From NCBI GenBank assembly GCA_964106645.2, contig OZ067039.1: a stretch of DNA of 64,000 bases. The stretch is one strand, 5' to 3'. The translations under genes and the position numbers were made by a program. Shown here piece by piece: positions 40,401 to 55,250 of this stretch; position 1 is the first letter of the stretch, and every line of letters starts with the position of its first letter. The stretch comes from Podarcis pityusensis. Lineage: Eukaryota. A model generated the notes under the pieces. The model was not told the origin of the DNA, ran no database searches, and was given only the letters and a program-made list of their open reading frames with translations.

Positions 40401-43400
40401 TATGTCTTAAATCAGCAACTGTACATAACAACCATGTACCACTTGCCAGTAAGAGAATGTAATCAGTGCTGGCTTTTTTATTTTGGACACATCAACTGTG
40501 CACCAAAGCAGACATATTTCTAAATAAAGGGCACCCCTACAATATGACTGACTGGAGCAAAATCATGTCTAAGTATCGGAATACACCATAACCCAAATTG
40601 CATGGGGAAGCCTGCATTAAAAAACAACAACAACTACCAAGCATGCAATTACAGTACTTATTTCACGAAACAGCTTGCATATTTCATGACATGTTGTTTG
40701 CAAGTTAGCTATTATAAAATCAAATGTAAATGATTTATTGAGGTAAGCAAATAGTCTTGTGGCGTTTGGAGAATTACTGTAAAAATGCAAAAAAAGAAAG
40801 AGAGCAAAGCATTGTAAAGACAGCTTCACTTGCTTACATCCTCAGACCAACAAGTGCCACTGAACTCCATTCACCAGTGTGCAGTTCTCCACACTAAGTA
40901 GCACAACCAGAAGTGCTCCCCCAAGATCTGCAGCTTTGTTGCCCTTGCAGAGCTTCATTTAACAACAGACCAGAACAAACACAGCTAAACAGAGCAAGGC
41001 ATGAAAGCAAGAGGTCAGCATGAATCGATGCTGTGTGGTACGAAATCCCACTCAAGGCGCTAAGAGCAGAACCAGGATGGAGCTAATGAGGCCACCATTT
41101 GGGGTGCCTTGGCTGCAGGGAGAGTCTAACTATAACTACTAAAGTACAGAGGGCTCTGCTTACCTGCTCGTGATACTCAATCCCCATGCTGAGGGTATTG
41201 ATCAGGATAGCTATCATGATCCCACGGCCAAAGTACTTGCTATCTACAATCTTCCGAAATGTCTCACAAACCACCTTCCAGAAGGCTAGGAATTTTAAGG
41301 TGTTTCTTCCCCGGGCTTTCCAACGCTGAGGGTCCCTCTGATCACTGTAGTGAGCGTCCTGAGTAAACTCATATACCCCGTCGCTGTCAGAATCTCCCAC
41401 TTCATTGTCCACCAGCTCTGGATCGTTAGCCAAGGTCTTCATGCAGTATGGACAACTATCTGGGTTGCAAGTATTGTTGGGTTTCCCAGACTGGCTGGAA
41501 ATCTTGCAGGAACTTTGACAAGCACCTGAAACAAGGACAAAAAAAAAAATACCCTCTGTTATTTCACTAAAAATCTTGGAAATCTCTTTCTGGAGCAGCC
41601 GAACAATGTCGGTATCCAACTGCAGTTTTGGTAAGTTCAATAATTTCACATCAGATGTATGAGGAGAACCTCTGCCCCGCTTGAGTGGTTATCTCCAACC
41701 AGCGCAAAAACAGTATGTGTGTATAACTTTTACCATGGCTAGAACAACATTTGAACCACAATTTTTGACTATCTACTGAACCTGAATCAAGACCCTTACT
41801 AAGAGAGCGATAAGAGGGAGGATATATTAGATTCTAAAAACCTGGTGATTTTTGATGCTAAGCATCAGCCTGCCCCCTACTTTCTCCAGCACTGTTGCCA
41901 GAAAGGTCAGCCCCAATTTAATGAGAAGAGAATTGAAGGGCACAAGTCAAAGAGAGCAAGAGGTGGGAGGATAGGAAAACACAGAAGTGGGACATCAAAT
42001 GAGCCAGAGGGGCCCTTTCAGGAATAGCTTAAACAGTCTCTGTTGAGAAAACTAGATCAAGTGCCGCATATATGCTGCAACTGAAAAAGGAGCTACATTC
42101 CAGTTTCTCCTTCCTCTTCCATAGCTTCTAGAACTCGCTGCCAGGTATGAGATCCCAAGGGACCTTGTTTCCCTGTCATTCCCTCCCCAGCAATTGTCAG
42201 CCAATGATTTGGAGGGCTGTGACATAAGTTAAGTTCTGCTAGATATTACAGGTAGGGGAACTACCAGACACAATTTCACTTGCAGGCAATGTGTTTGCTG
42301 TCACTTCTGCTTACATCCCGGGGTTCCGCCACTAGTGAGGAAACATGCACCAGCCAGTAAGCTATTATAATGAATGCAGGCAAGGTTTTATTTGAAAGAA
42401 GCTTTGTGCAGATATTAGGCCTGTTCTGCTGCTTCTTTAAAAATCTCCATCGGTCAGAATTCAGAAGCAACTCATGCAACACATAGCAAGAGACCCATGA
42501 ATGGCTACCATCCTACCTATGGGGATGCTTTAGGTGTCTCAGCCTGATTCAGCACAAATAGCAGGATTACGTTGTAGAATTTAGGTATCACAGTGAAGTG
42601 TGTGCGTGCATGTGAGCTGCCAGAGATGATGGCCCAGTTTCAACTAACCCAGCGTGCTAGCAGAAGCCTGTGCAGGGGCTCACACTAACACAACAGGGCT
42701 CCCCTCCTCTCCTCCCCCCCCCCCATGCACCACCACACCTCCCCCAGATCTGGTCTGGAGGTTTGGGAGAACCTTGAGAAGAGAGCACAGGGCTAGGAGA
42801 AGGAAAGATCATCGCACCCGGCAAGCAGAATTCTTGCACTGATGTAACAATCATAAGAGTATGATGTTAAATTCCTCCCAGTGGTCTGGACACCATTTTC
42901 CCATAGGATCATTGTTTTTGAAAAGCATCTTCCAAAATACAATTCTGCAAGAGGAATCTGGAAACTCCTCAAAACGTTGAAACTTAAAAATGCTCTCCAA
43001 CTTAATTTCTGTTGCGTTCTCTTCAAACAGAAGCTTCAGTGTTGTACATATAAACTGGGCAAGTATTTCTCTATGGAGCAAGACCTATGAGGTCAGAATT
43101 GTCAGCTCTCATCACTGCAACCCAACACCCTTCATAACAACACAGCATGCTCTATGTTTTGTGATATGCTGATTTAAGACGGCATTTCATTTTTCATACT
43201 CTGAAGCTGGGAGGAGGAGGTAAAGACACTAAAACATTTATGTGTTTATATATACAGGGTGAGTCCTTTAAAAGAGGCCCCATGGATACAGAGTACACAT
43301 GTTCCACGGGGCCTCTTTTAAAAGACTCAGCCTGTATATAGCTATAGGACATGCACACACACACAGTTGACACAGTTTATCCTATTATATCTCACCTCCT

Positions 43401-43433
43401 TAAGCTCATGACCTAAGAACAGATAGGATACTT

Positions 43434-43475
<42 letters not shown>

Positions 43476-46400
43476 ATATCCTCTGAATTTCTTCACCTTA
43501 TCACCTATACAAAAGAAGAAAATCCATGATACTGTTCATTTCCACACCCTAATTTATTGGAAGGACAGATCCTGAAGCTGAGGCTCCAATACTCTGGCCA
43601 CCTCATGAGGAGAGAAGACTCCCTGGAAAAGACCCTGATGTTGGGAAAGATTGAGGGCACAAGGAGAAGGACAGAGGTTGAGATGGTTGGACAGTGTTAT
43701 CGAAGCTACTAATATGAGTTTGACAGAACTGCAGGAGGCAGTGGAAGACAGGCGTGCTCTGGTCCATGGGGTCATGAAGAGTCGGACACGACTAAACAAC
43801 TAAACAATAACAATTGCTAAGCCACGAATGTCTGCTAACTAACTTTGAAGATGAAAAAAAAAGAGAGAAAAGAATGAGTGACAGCTGTCCACTGCCAAGA
43901 GTTCACAGTCACCTCATTACACATTTGGCTATTAAGTTAAAACAAAAAGCAATCAGCTCTTCTGGCACCTGGAATATTAGGAGCTGTAATTAGAGACAAG
44001 CACTGCAGCCAGCAAGCTGCTTGGGTGTTCCTGCTGTTTGCTGATACTTCAACATTAACAACTTCCCCCTAAACATATCATTCTCAAATCATTTCTCGCA
44101 ATGGCTGAGGCCAGCTGACAGATGGTACCCCACCAGACGACAAGGATACAAAGAGTCTCCCGTTTGTGCTGGCTATGGTGGAATGAAGAGTTTGTCTCCA
44201 GAATGCACCTCTGACCCAGTTTTTTTGTTTGTTTGTGATAGTCACTTTAATTTTTTTCCCTTTTTACCAAATGGAGCTGTAATGTCTCTCTCATTTCGAA
44301 GCCAGCAGGGGAAACTCCCATGGCTGATATAAGTCAGATAATAAGATTTTGGCTACCTGGCCCTACACCGCATCACATCCAGACAGTTTTTCTTATGGAT
44401 CTCTCTAACGGCAAACATCATGTTCTGCTCATGTGTTAAAGGGGAAAGCATAATACACATCTGCATATATACTCACAGGTGTGTGGCTGCCTACCAAAAC
44501 ACATCATGTTCAGATAGAGCAGCTCTTACAAGTTACATAATGTGCAGCCTGATCCTATGCATGCTTGTTTGAAAGCAAGTCCCACTGTGTTCAGTTGGGT
44601 TGGCTGCAGTGCACTCCCAGGTAAGTGTGCTTAAGACTGCAGCCTAAGAGGTCACCTTCCTAAGAAGTTAAGGAAGAATTACCAAGTCATTAGATTGTTC
44701 TTCACTGTTATGAAAGAAAATGGACATGGGCAGGAAACAAATGCAAAGACAAATTTACTTTCTGAGTACAAAGCCCTGAATATTTGCACATTTGCAATGA
44801 CGTGCATCAGGGATCAGAAGCCTGTAGCCTACAGATGTTGTTGGACTCCAGTACCCATCGGTCCCAGCCAGCATACATACACGAACAAAGTTCTTTCTTT
44901 CCTCTCTCATTGCTTTTAGGCAACGGCAACTCTCAGAATGATGGAATGACTGCTCCAACGAAATAGGAGGCCTACCAGTCACCACCTTGACATAATGTGT
45001 CCTGCAGATGGAGAAAGTATGGAAACAGCACTTCTGTCTCTAACACATAGGCCCAGAGAAGGATGTTTAGAGCACTGGTCTTTAACTGGTGGCTTAGTGC
45101 CTGGTTTTAGGTGGGTCGTAACAGCAGCATGGTCCCCATACAAATATGTGGTTAAAAATTAATTAAGAAGGTCCTCAAATGAATATTTGGGTTAAAGGTG
45201 GGTCCCTCGTCTGAAAAGGCTGAAGACTGCTGACTTAGAGCAAGTGGGTCAGGTCTGGAATGCCTTCTTCATAACATTCATTTTTTTCTCCATCTTACTG
45301 GGGGGCACAGAACAGCCGACTTGCTATCAACACAAATTTGATTAAATGTTACATTGTTACAACCAATTTGAAAAAAATTAAGCTCTATCTTTTCATTCTC
45401 TGCCCCCATTTCATGTTTTCCAGTGGGGGCAGGTTGGGAGGAGGTAATCGACACACCCAAAACGAATTATTTCCAATGAACAGGTTTTGTTAGATCCTTA
45501 TAAACTAACTTATGTCTTAGTTCTGAACTGAAGACAACCCGAATCATCCCAAATCTCACCTGACCCTAATCAATGGCAGCCCTGCCTGAAAAGGTAAGTC
45601 AGGGATGAACAGCGGCTCTGCCTTCCATTTAAGTGGCATCTTAGTGGCTGACACCCTACCCAAACACTTACCAGTGCTCTGTGTCTCCAGTAGCTTCTGC
45701 ATTGGACTATAGGGTCCTGGGGGGATATTAAGGTTCATCAGGGTGCTGGCCCCAGGGTTCAACGTGGGCTCTGCTAAACCTTTTTCTTTCAGCAGTTCAT
45801 GGGAGTTACTTGGGTGTACAGTAGGGTAGACCTTGCTGCCAACCACAGTCCTGGGAAGCACCTCTGGCCCCGGTAAGCTGAGACCAGGCTGAGGCGGGAG
45901 AGATGATCTGCAGCGAATGGGCTCAAAATGACAGTCTGCATGGTAGATGCTGTGAACGGACTCAGCGTTGCTGGCAGTGGGGTGAGGATTGGCTGTTGGA
46001 GGGAGCATCAGCCTATTTGCACCATTGTGAAGCGAGCTGGTTTCGACGTCGCTGATTTCAGGGCTGGCGCGCGGTGCCTGAAGGCTTCCGTTGCCCAGGT
46101 GATAGTGGTGGTGGTGGTGATGGTGGTGGTGAATGAGATGATGCACCGAGGACCTTTTCCGCGGCCGGTGTTTGCACGGCTGCCGCTCTGCACTGCTCTT
46201 GCTACCCGGGCTGGAGAGAAAGCCCATCCTCACCCCTGTGGTTCGGTAGACCTCCACCAGTTGCTTGCTGGCCTTACGGAGGACGTAGACGAGATATTTG
46301 AGGAGTTCGTCATAGCAGCTCCCTGGCTCTGAGAAGCTGGCCAGAGTGCTAGCATTGGAGAGGTAGCGGATTCGCTGCTCCTTCATCAGCTGGCTCTCCC

Positions 46401-49400
46401 GCTGCTTGGTCTCCGAGAACTGAGTTGCTATGACCACTAAGCAGAGGTTTATCATGAAGAAAGAGCCCACCTGTAAGGGAAGGAGGGGTGTGTCAGTATT
46501 CCTACACCCAGGGAGGAAGCCTGAAGCAAGTGTATCTGAGAGAGAACCAGTCATTAAAAAAAAATCTTCAAAACTAGAGCTGAGCCAGCATTTCTCCGAA
46601 GACTCCCTCCCCCCTGCCTCCCCCGGAACATTTCTAAGATATTTTCTTTTTCTGAACCCCCTAGTAAAAGAGAACCACTTCATGGAATTTCCCACCACCA
46701 TTTATTTAGGTAGCATCCACTATTCCTACGTCCACCACCCCAGCAAACCACCACCATTGCCCTGATACAACACTAGGTCATGTGGTCCAATATGGTTGGT
46801 GATGCTGCCACTAGCAGTGGCAGAGCCAGTGCTAATGGGAAACCCCAAGAAACTGTTGGAAAACTTGTCACCTTGGCAAAATGGTCCCCTTCTCTCTCCC
46901 CCCCCCCATCAGTATGCAAATAGTGGGAAATTTCAAGCGGCACTCTGCTCACAGTTCTATTCAAAACCAATTTAAAAAGACCAAACAAGTATTATCTCAT
47001 CACACGATGAAAAACAAAACTCTGACACCAAATCTCTTAATCGTCTGCCCTCAATACTATGGTCTGAAGGCACAGGATAATCTGGTGTGTGGTCTGGTCA
47101 TAAGTTCCTGGAAGGAAAGCTTACTGGGAATAACAAGGGGACAAATTATAGGGTTGGATCCAGATTTAAGTTGATTCCCTTTGATTTCAATGGGAGTTGA
47201 AGTCATGAATAACTGGTCCCATTGACTAACTGGTTCCTGCCTCCATGACTGCCTGCTCATTTGCTTCCCCACACTGCTTCTGGGTCCAGACCGCTCCATT
47301 ACACGGAGGAGAGGTCAAGGCAAGTGGAGGTTGCTCCTCCTTCTCTTCCCTCTTGTAACTGCTCCTACGCTTGGTGAGGGCAGGTGAACAGAGGATAGTG
47401 ACACCAGAACGCAGACACAGGGTGAAGGTGTTGCAGGGGCCATCAGGGAGCCCTTTGCTAGGCTACAGGCCTTGGCAACTGCCCAATAATGCCAACTCCT
47501 GACACCGATCCAAGCTGTCTCCTTTTGTAAGTCTACAGCTCTGTTATCCAGAGGTGGTGTGCTTATGTATACGAAACTACACTGATGTTCTCAGCCTCAG
47601 GAGTCACTCAGGAAGTGCACCTGTGTCTAAAAATCACAATATGGGAAGTAGCTGACAACAAAGGCTAGTGTCATGTAATACAAAACATAGCCCCAAACCC
47701 CGTCCCAGTCAAGAGCAGTCATCATCACATTCTGTGTGTGACTCACACGGGGTGGATATTCCCTGCCCTGTTCTTTTCTTTCCTTCCACCTCAAAGACTC
47801 TCAAGCTTCCTCACCGCAGGGACACCCACTCCTCAGTTCCGCAGATGACACAAAGAGCTCAAAGCAGAAGGGAGATTTATTGTGACTTAGAAGGGTTTCT
47901 CTAATTTTTGCTTCCCGGTAGTCAGAGCTTACTTATTATCACAATTAAGTAGCATTTCTTTCTCCCATGCATTTACTTTTCAGGACAGATTTTTCCCTCG
48001 CAGAGAGGATTGGCAGCTTTGCAAACAGATCTCCCGCTTTGTTAACTGGAATTGCGGAGAGGCTGTAACCCAACAACAGCAGCTGTCTGCAGCAAAAGAT
48101 TGGATATTTTACTCTGAAACAGTCTTTTCATCAGGCTGCATTTTCAGGAGATCATGATCATCATTCAGCTTTGAAAAGGACCTAGTAACTAGCCTCCTCT
48201 CCTGGCTACTGTATACCTTCAGATATATGATCCATGCATGTCACCTGAGCAGTAAGAAGATGCTGATTCATTTTCCCTTTCATTGCCATCAAGGGGGAAA
48301 GTAAACATACAATCTGTTCATACCCCCACATGCTTATGAGACTGCAAGTCAGTGCACCTTTCAGCCATTTAGGTATGATTAAATATTCATCTCAGCCTAA
48401 GGAATCTAGAATGATCTTAGCAAGCTGACCTCTAAGTGTGTTTATAGTGCCCAAGACCCAAGTCACTCTGTTTCTGATCAAAACAGAACAAATTGTTCTG
48501 GGGTTTATAAACATATAAATGTTCTTTATCCATGTGTGCTATCACCTGTAATACTATGGGGTGTATCTGTGTATCTGGGGCACCGCCCAGCTAAAGTTCA
48601 GCATTTTTCTGTTCCACTGATTTCAACGCGAGTTAAACATGTGCTAACTCCTGTCACTGAAATCATATGACAAAAGTACTTAGCCTTGGCTGAATCATGT
48701 AAATAATGTTTATGCTGTCCTCAGATGTTGCAAAATGCCTTTTGAAGCAGAATGCCATGTGTATGCTATGCTCCAAATCAACAAACACCTCATGCCTCAT
48801 TGCTTTCCATTACTTTCTTCTTACTACCCGTAGACCTTCACTATCACTTTAGTCAGTCGGTGCTCTCATTTGCCACATCTCTCTCTTGTACACACAAGAG
48901 CCACAGGGAGGAAAGTTAGAACGCATCCTTTGCTAATGGGCTACCATCTCTCTCAGGCTCCGCTTATAACTCTCCTTTCCTCTGTCGCCCCCCCCCCCCA
49001 TGTTTCTTTCCCTTATAACTCTTGAGTGCAACACCTCTGGCTGCCATGAAGACTAGAGAGATAACTCACAATGATCAGGAGAATGAAATATATGAAGTTG
49101 TAGAACGAATGAGCATCCATGACAAAGTACATAATATCTACCCAGCCCTCCAGAGTGATGACCTGTAGGCAAGAGAAAAGGAAAAGGAAAGCATCAGTTA
49201 GCTTGTACCAGCGGATGCAGGACTCTCAAGGATAGGAAGCATGGGCAATCATCTATGGATGTTCAAGAAAATACACCAGTGCTATTACTTATACTAGGTC
49301 ATCTGTCAGATCTTTTAACACAAAGGCTATGAAATCACTAAAGAATGACAAAACCCCAAAGTAAAAAATCATTTCATACAAGTGTCGACCCCATGCTTGA

Positions 49401-49905
49401 TAGAACTGAAGAATAACAACTGGCGATTCTCAACCACAAATTAATATTCTTTGCATATAAAAAATTACTTCGGGGCAAGAGTAAAGGTTGACCTAGCTTT
49501 CCCTGTCACTGAAGGATAGCCTGTTGATACAGCAAGCTTGGAGTCAGATGAGTCCCTTTGTTCACCTGAAATATTGCAATCCATGCATATCCAATGTTAT
49601 CGAAATTGATTGCTCCTTTGAAAGGGTTGTGCTCCCCTGCAGAGCAGTTTGTGTAATACTGGTTCCAGTTGACACAAGAGGTGTTCGTGGTGTCGTTGTA
49701 GGAATAATAGTCCAAGGTGCATTGCAGACCTTCTTCCCTCCTTGTTGGGATGTCGCGACAGTAACGCATCCCATTCTCTCGAGGCTGAGAGCAGATAAAA
49801 GGGCTTTCATCTTCATTCTCTGTCTGGTAGTAGGGTTCCACCTCGATTGTGTACGGGCTTAAAGGAAACAGAAAAGTGCAGGTTAAATACCCAGTATCAG
49901 CCTCT

Positions 49906-49945
<40 letters not shown>

Positions 49946-52900
49946 GGAAATGAAGGAAACCTATTTCTATATAACTGAGGGATGCATAGTGGTGTTAAAG
50001 GGCAACAGACTGGAAAATGTAAGAGGAAAGTACTCATTCACAAAGTTAACAGGGTAACCTGTGGAACTCATGGCCCTAAGATGTTACAAGGGTGAATAGG
50101 ATAATTGGGTTCAGAAAAAGCCTTTACACAAATTAATTGAGGGTTAGGGCATTTTGACTGTCTGGGAGTACAATTTCATTTTTCCAGATGTCTTTAAACT
50201 GTGGATATTTTGAAGTTCATAATGAATAGCATATCACTCCAAAATGGCTCTTTCTTGAACAATTTCATCTAAACTGCTGGGGATCAGCTATCAGAGACTG
50301 GGATGGATGGTTGAAATTTTCTGATTCTAGTACATCCATTATTATGCCCTTGTGGACTGCATACAGCAACTGAAGTTATTTGAGGGAAACCAAAATAATA
50401 ATAATAAAAAATCTGGTTTGCATAATTATTGAAATACTGTACAGTATTTAAGTAAGAGCGAAAAATGCTCAAAGTCATGACCATTAGTAATCTAGCCTTA
50501 AGTGCTCAGGATAAACATTAGTCAAGATGGTCATGAACTTCTCTTACCATCCCAGTAGCAAAGGTAGGGAAGAGAGGGTGCAAGAAAGCAGGCAACAGCC
50601 TGGTCTATCTAAGCTTGCTTTTAACGAGTTTACATTTTAAAATCTTGTGTGTTCTATTGGCTCAACAGCTTGCAGCTTTCAAACTAGTATTGCCCTTAAA
50701 AATAAAGAAATAGATTTGTTTATACCTTGTCCATTTTTTTCAGTCAACTAATGCCCTCCCACCCCAACCTCCCAGGATTGGGTTAGGTAAATAATGGGCT
50801 TTATAATGTGATATATTGATGTCTTCCCACCCCACTCTCAATATTTTCATTGTGCATTCTCAAATGTCAATTTAGATGAATAATGGTATTAAAAAAGGAC
50901 TGACTAGGCAGGCGTTTTTCAGACTAGAGGTAGATGGTGAAAAACCCTTACTGGGATTCAGAATATCTTTTAAAAAATGCTACTGTTGCTTTCTAAATAC
51001 TTCCCTTCACATGGCAGGCACCACTTGCGTTTCTGGCATTAGAAATGAACATTACTTCAGAAGATGCCACTGGTATAATAAGCCAATTCAATGCATTCGC
51101 CCTGATATGGAAAGGGAAGTAAGTGCTGACTTGTTGGGAATTAGCATACTCCTGCCTCAATAAATGGCTACTTCGCTGATGCCACAAGGACTCATTGCAA
51201 AAAGCTGGTGGAGCTATATTTAAGGCGAGTTCAGCCCGGTTAATTCCTGAAGTATTGCTTTTAATGCCACTGGAAGCTAAGCTGAAATCCTGGCATTCTG
51301 GTTCAATTAAACTCAGACCAGTAGCTGCTGTGTTGGATATACCCAGAATTGATCAGCAATTCATTTACTTTATTGCCAATTTACCTAGAGGGATTTTGCA
51401 TGTTAATGAAATCCCAGCTCCCTTTGATAGAGGGAGTGGAAGCAAAAAAACAACAACAAAAAACGACAGAAGACTTGCACAAGTTTGGGAACCAGGAAAA
51501 CACATGCGTACACACATGTATACACCTAACTTCTGCACTATTTTGAGAGCCACTTCTGATCCAGCTTAACGCTGCTCACGTCTTAAAAACGTAACTGGGG
51601 AATAGACTGGAAAGTTCATCTCCATAACACCTGGAAAATTCTGGACTTCCTGTACATTATCAGTAGAATGTTGTGTTCAAACCTGCTTAGACTGTTCAAA
51701 AGTTACCAATATGCACTACATCTTCCCCACTCCACCCCACTTCTCCTTGCTTGAAAACAGCCTTGAGATTCACTACGGAAATCATCAAACCAATTCATAG
51801 TAAGTTGGTAATCTATAAGTAACATTGAAATTAATGAGACATCAGTGTGACTTTTGAATCAGGCTCAACAAGTGTGTAACCATTTGAACACGCTAAGGTT
51901 CAATGTAAATGTATTCTTAACGCGCCATGAAAGTATTTCTCATCATCGTTCACTATTTGGGAACATTGCCTACTAATAATGTCTGACACAGTACCGATAA
52001 TCATAAATCACAACAATCATAAATCAACAAGACAGCCTCTACACACTTCAAAGATGTATTTTGTTAACAGGTACCAACATTATTAATAGTGATTTGCTTA
52101 TATTTTTTATGGAATTACCTTTGCGTGGGGTGTGGGTTGCTACTCTTAAAAAATCCTGTTGCTAAGAAGTATAGCCAAAATGGTGCCCTCCCTATGTTGT
52201 TGTGACTTCTAACTTGCATCAGCCTCAGCCAGCATGACCAATGGTCAGGGATGACGGAAGCCAAAGTCTGGAAGGCAGCATGTTGGCTACTCCTGCTCTC
52301 CAAGAAGGAAAACTAGGAAAAGAACCTGTGAATCTTGCACCAAAAAACATACCACAGCAAGAAACTTGAAGTGATAATATGCAAACTGAGTGTTCACCCA
52401 CAAAGGCAAGCAAACAGAATGGAGGAAACAGCAGCAGCATGGTGCAGACTCCTCAGATCTTGCTGGGATTAGCATGTTTATCTAAAGAAACTCCTTGCCT
52501 CACCACCATGCACATATAAAACCCTATGCAAGCATATCCTAAGAACGTTTAGGTGCCTCATTCATACTTACAAACTGAAGTTTTCTGGAAGGAAGCAGCG
52601 GTTCCTGAGCAGCCCTGCCCAAAGCTGGACTCCAACAATACCAAAGATGAAGAAGACAAAAAAACAGAGGAGGAGAACGTTCCCCAACATGGGAAGCGTG
52701 TCCAAAAGCAGCGTGACCAGGATGCGCATACCTGAGGGAGCAAAGGGAAAGCAGCCACTAAATGGGAGAAGTCCTGCTAAGTTGGGTTCTTCTTGCTTCG
52801 AAAGCTAGGCAGAAACTTGCCATCTGTGAGCTCGGTTCCAACCTTATTTTTTTTCTATTACTGCACCATATTAATTCCTGGCAGTGGTTATAGTCCGTCT

Positions 52901-55194
52901 TACTGTCCACCACACATTGCAGAGAAAATGACATTTCCCCTCAGGAATCTAAATTCTTCAACAGCTAATCTAAACTCATGGAAAACTATTGTCATGGCCC
53001 ACATAACACGGTGACTGTGAAACTATAGATGGTACGGTGGTGGTTTCAGCACCAGACCACGGTACCCAATGCTGCCGCCTGGAACGTGAAAGATGGGGGT
53101 GATGCCAACCTAGAATATGTACAATGCCACCAAACATCTGGGCCTCTTAGAAAGTAAAGGATTGCAATTCAGTTGAGGCCCATGCGAAAGTCAGCAAGAA
53201 AGTCACTCTATGCACGGTGACTGTTTGAATGCCCTATGCCATATGTTTCAATCTACAGATGCACTCTATGGCGGGAGAGCAATGCTAACACAGAAGGTCT
53301 CCACATGATGAGAGAAAGTCATGTAAAAATCGGCTTTCAGCCATTACAGTCACCGCACAGAACACAGCCACGTGGAAGCAATTTTCATGCTGAGACTCAC
53401 TAGCAGCCGGTATATGGTGGGACTCAGTTGCAAAGCCATCAGTGCATCTGCCCCATGTCAAACTCATGGCTGTCCTGCCCTACCAGTGTTGGTAGCTCTG
53501 CCCTTCCACACCACCTACTGCTGTTGGGAATGAAGCATGTAAAGCAGACCTGGGGCCAGCCCTACCATTAGACAGGGTGAGAAAACATCTCTAGGGTGGC
53601 AGCTTTACTATTACAGGGCAGCACAATGTCAAACTATTTAGGTTTTCACCACGATGGAGTAACACACCCTGCCTCTGTGTTGCCACACATATGCATGTCT
53701 ATTCTAGGGGTTCCCCCCCCAACTTCCCTTCCTGAACTTCTTGCCCCTCTCATGTTTCAGCTGAACTGCAGTGGCCACCTTTCTTCTAGCAATTATCCTG
53801 TTCCTTCAGCATCAACCAGCAAAGTGTTTAACCAGTTAAAGTTTCTCTTTCACCTCATCTCTCTTTGCTTGGAAAATTCACCTGTGAATTTCTGTCTGCC
53901 ACGGAAGTGTAAAAATCACAGGAAGGTAGAGACCCACGATTCTCATACGTCCGGGCCATTCTACACTCCTTTTGCAAGCTCAGAACCACCCTATTCCCTT
54001 CTATCTCAATACAAAATAAATTAAAATCTCCTTCCCCATCCTAATTCATTCCCTGCAAACATGCAGAACTTTACAAGGCAGTTAATTCGTACAAGATTAG
54101 GAACATTCGGTTGTGTAACAGAAAGACAAATTGATGGCGACTTAACTTGACATTTGCAAAAAAAAATCGATTTCACCCGACATCTCTGTAATATTCTGTT
54201 CATCCTCCATCTCTTTTTGTTCTCTCTCTCTTCTTTCTTGTCTCTTTCATCCACAACGCAGTTCATATTGATCTTATTTAAAGAAACCTTTAAAGCCATT
54301 TCTTTTACCTTTATACCTCAGCAAGAATTTTTCATTGTTATGTCATCAGATCGCCTCTTTTTTTTACTTGCTTCCTCCCATAACAAAATAATAGCCTGCC
54401 TTCCATATACTCACATATACCCCATCACCACCAGCACCTCCAGCCTATTGTTAAATGTCTTGTATTTGGTCCCTGCGTTTATTATTGATTCATACTTGTT
54501 CCTTGACTTGCTTCCTTATGCATCTGTGTGGTCCTAGCTTTGCTGCACAGGAGCGAAGATGAATTACCCGGGATTTGCAAACACATTAAATGAATTACAC
54601 CCACAGTTAGACAGTGGCAGATAAATTCAGCCATCCATCAGCTCTGCTAGGTGGGGGGAAAAATTATGAGCAAGATACTTGAGCTATAAAATGATAAAAG
54701 CGACAACAATAACAACAGGGAACATCCTGCCAGATTAAGTTTAATTTAATGGGATTAGAAAAGCAAATAGAGCCTAGGAATTTCTGGCTTCTGACAGATG
54801 GATCACAGTCTGAGTACCTCATGTTGTCAAGGTAACTGGCTAATTTGACAAGATGGGTCCTTTCTTTTGCACTACAAAGCTTTGCACTCATGCATAGTGT
54901 TAAACAGAGGGGAAGGACTGAGACCCCAAATTTATCTAGATACTCTGGTCAATTGGATACACTGGACTTCAGATGCAAATGAAATTTCCTTGGAATATTT
55001 AGTTGCTGTTACTGTATTGATATCACTAGCACAAAGCATCTTGTTCTAAGTTTTATGGTGGTTGTTTCTTGTTTTTAAATAATCTGGAAATTATTAGGAA
55101 AATATACAGATAAGAGAAGAACAATTCATAATGTCCTAAATTATTTGACCAGTAACATGCTGTCAAGGAACCACAATCAACCTTTGGGAGTCCA

Positions 55195-55250
<56 letters not shown>

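Noticed and set aside
43557-43812. BovB as a novel horizontal transfer
   Set aside because: BovB in squamates and its horizontal spread are well established; this is an ordinary truncated copy
45928-46332. Antisense ORFs over exons (also 4929..5201, 6438..6623, 49524..49862, 52553..52735)
   Set aside because: Shadow frames of CACNA1G coding sequence; no independent protein similarity
46471-46701. N-terminal 77 aa of the 381-aa ORF as coding
   Set aside because: Lies upstream of the clear exon 8 acceptor (ttacag at 46471-46476), so it is intronic read-through
53045-53053. REST/RE1 site (TTCAGCACC)
   Set aside because: Left half-site only; no GGACAG right half at canonical or nearby spacing
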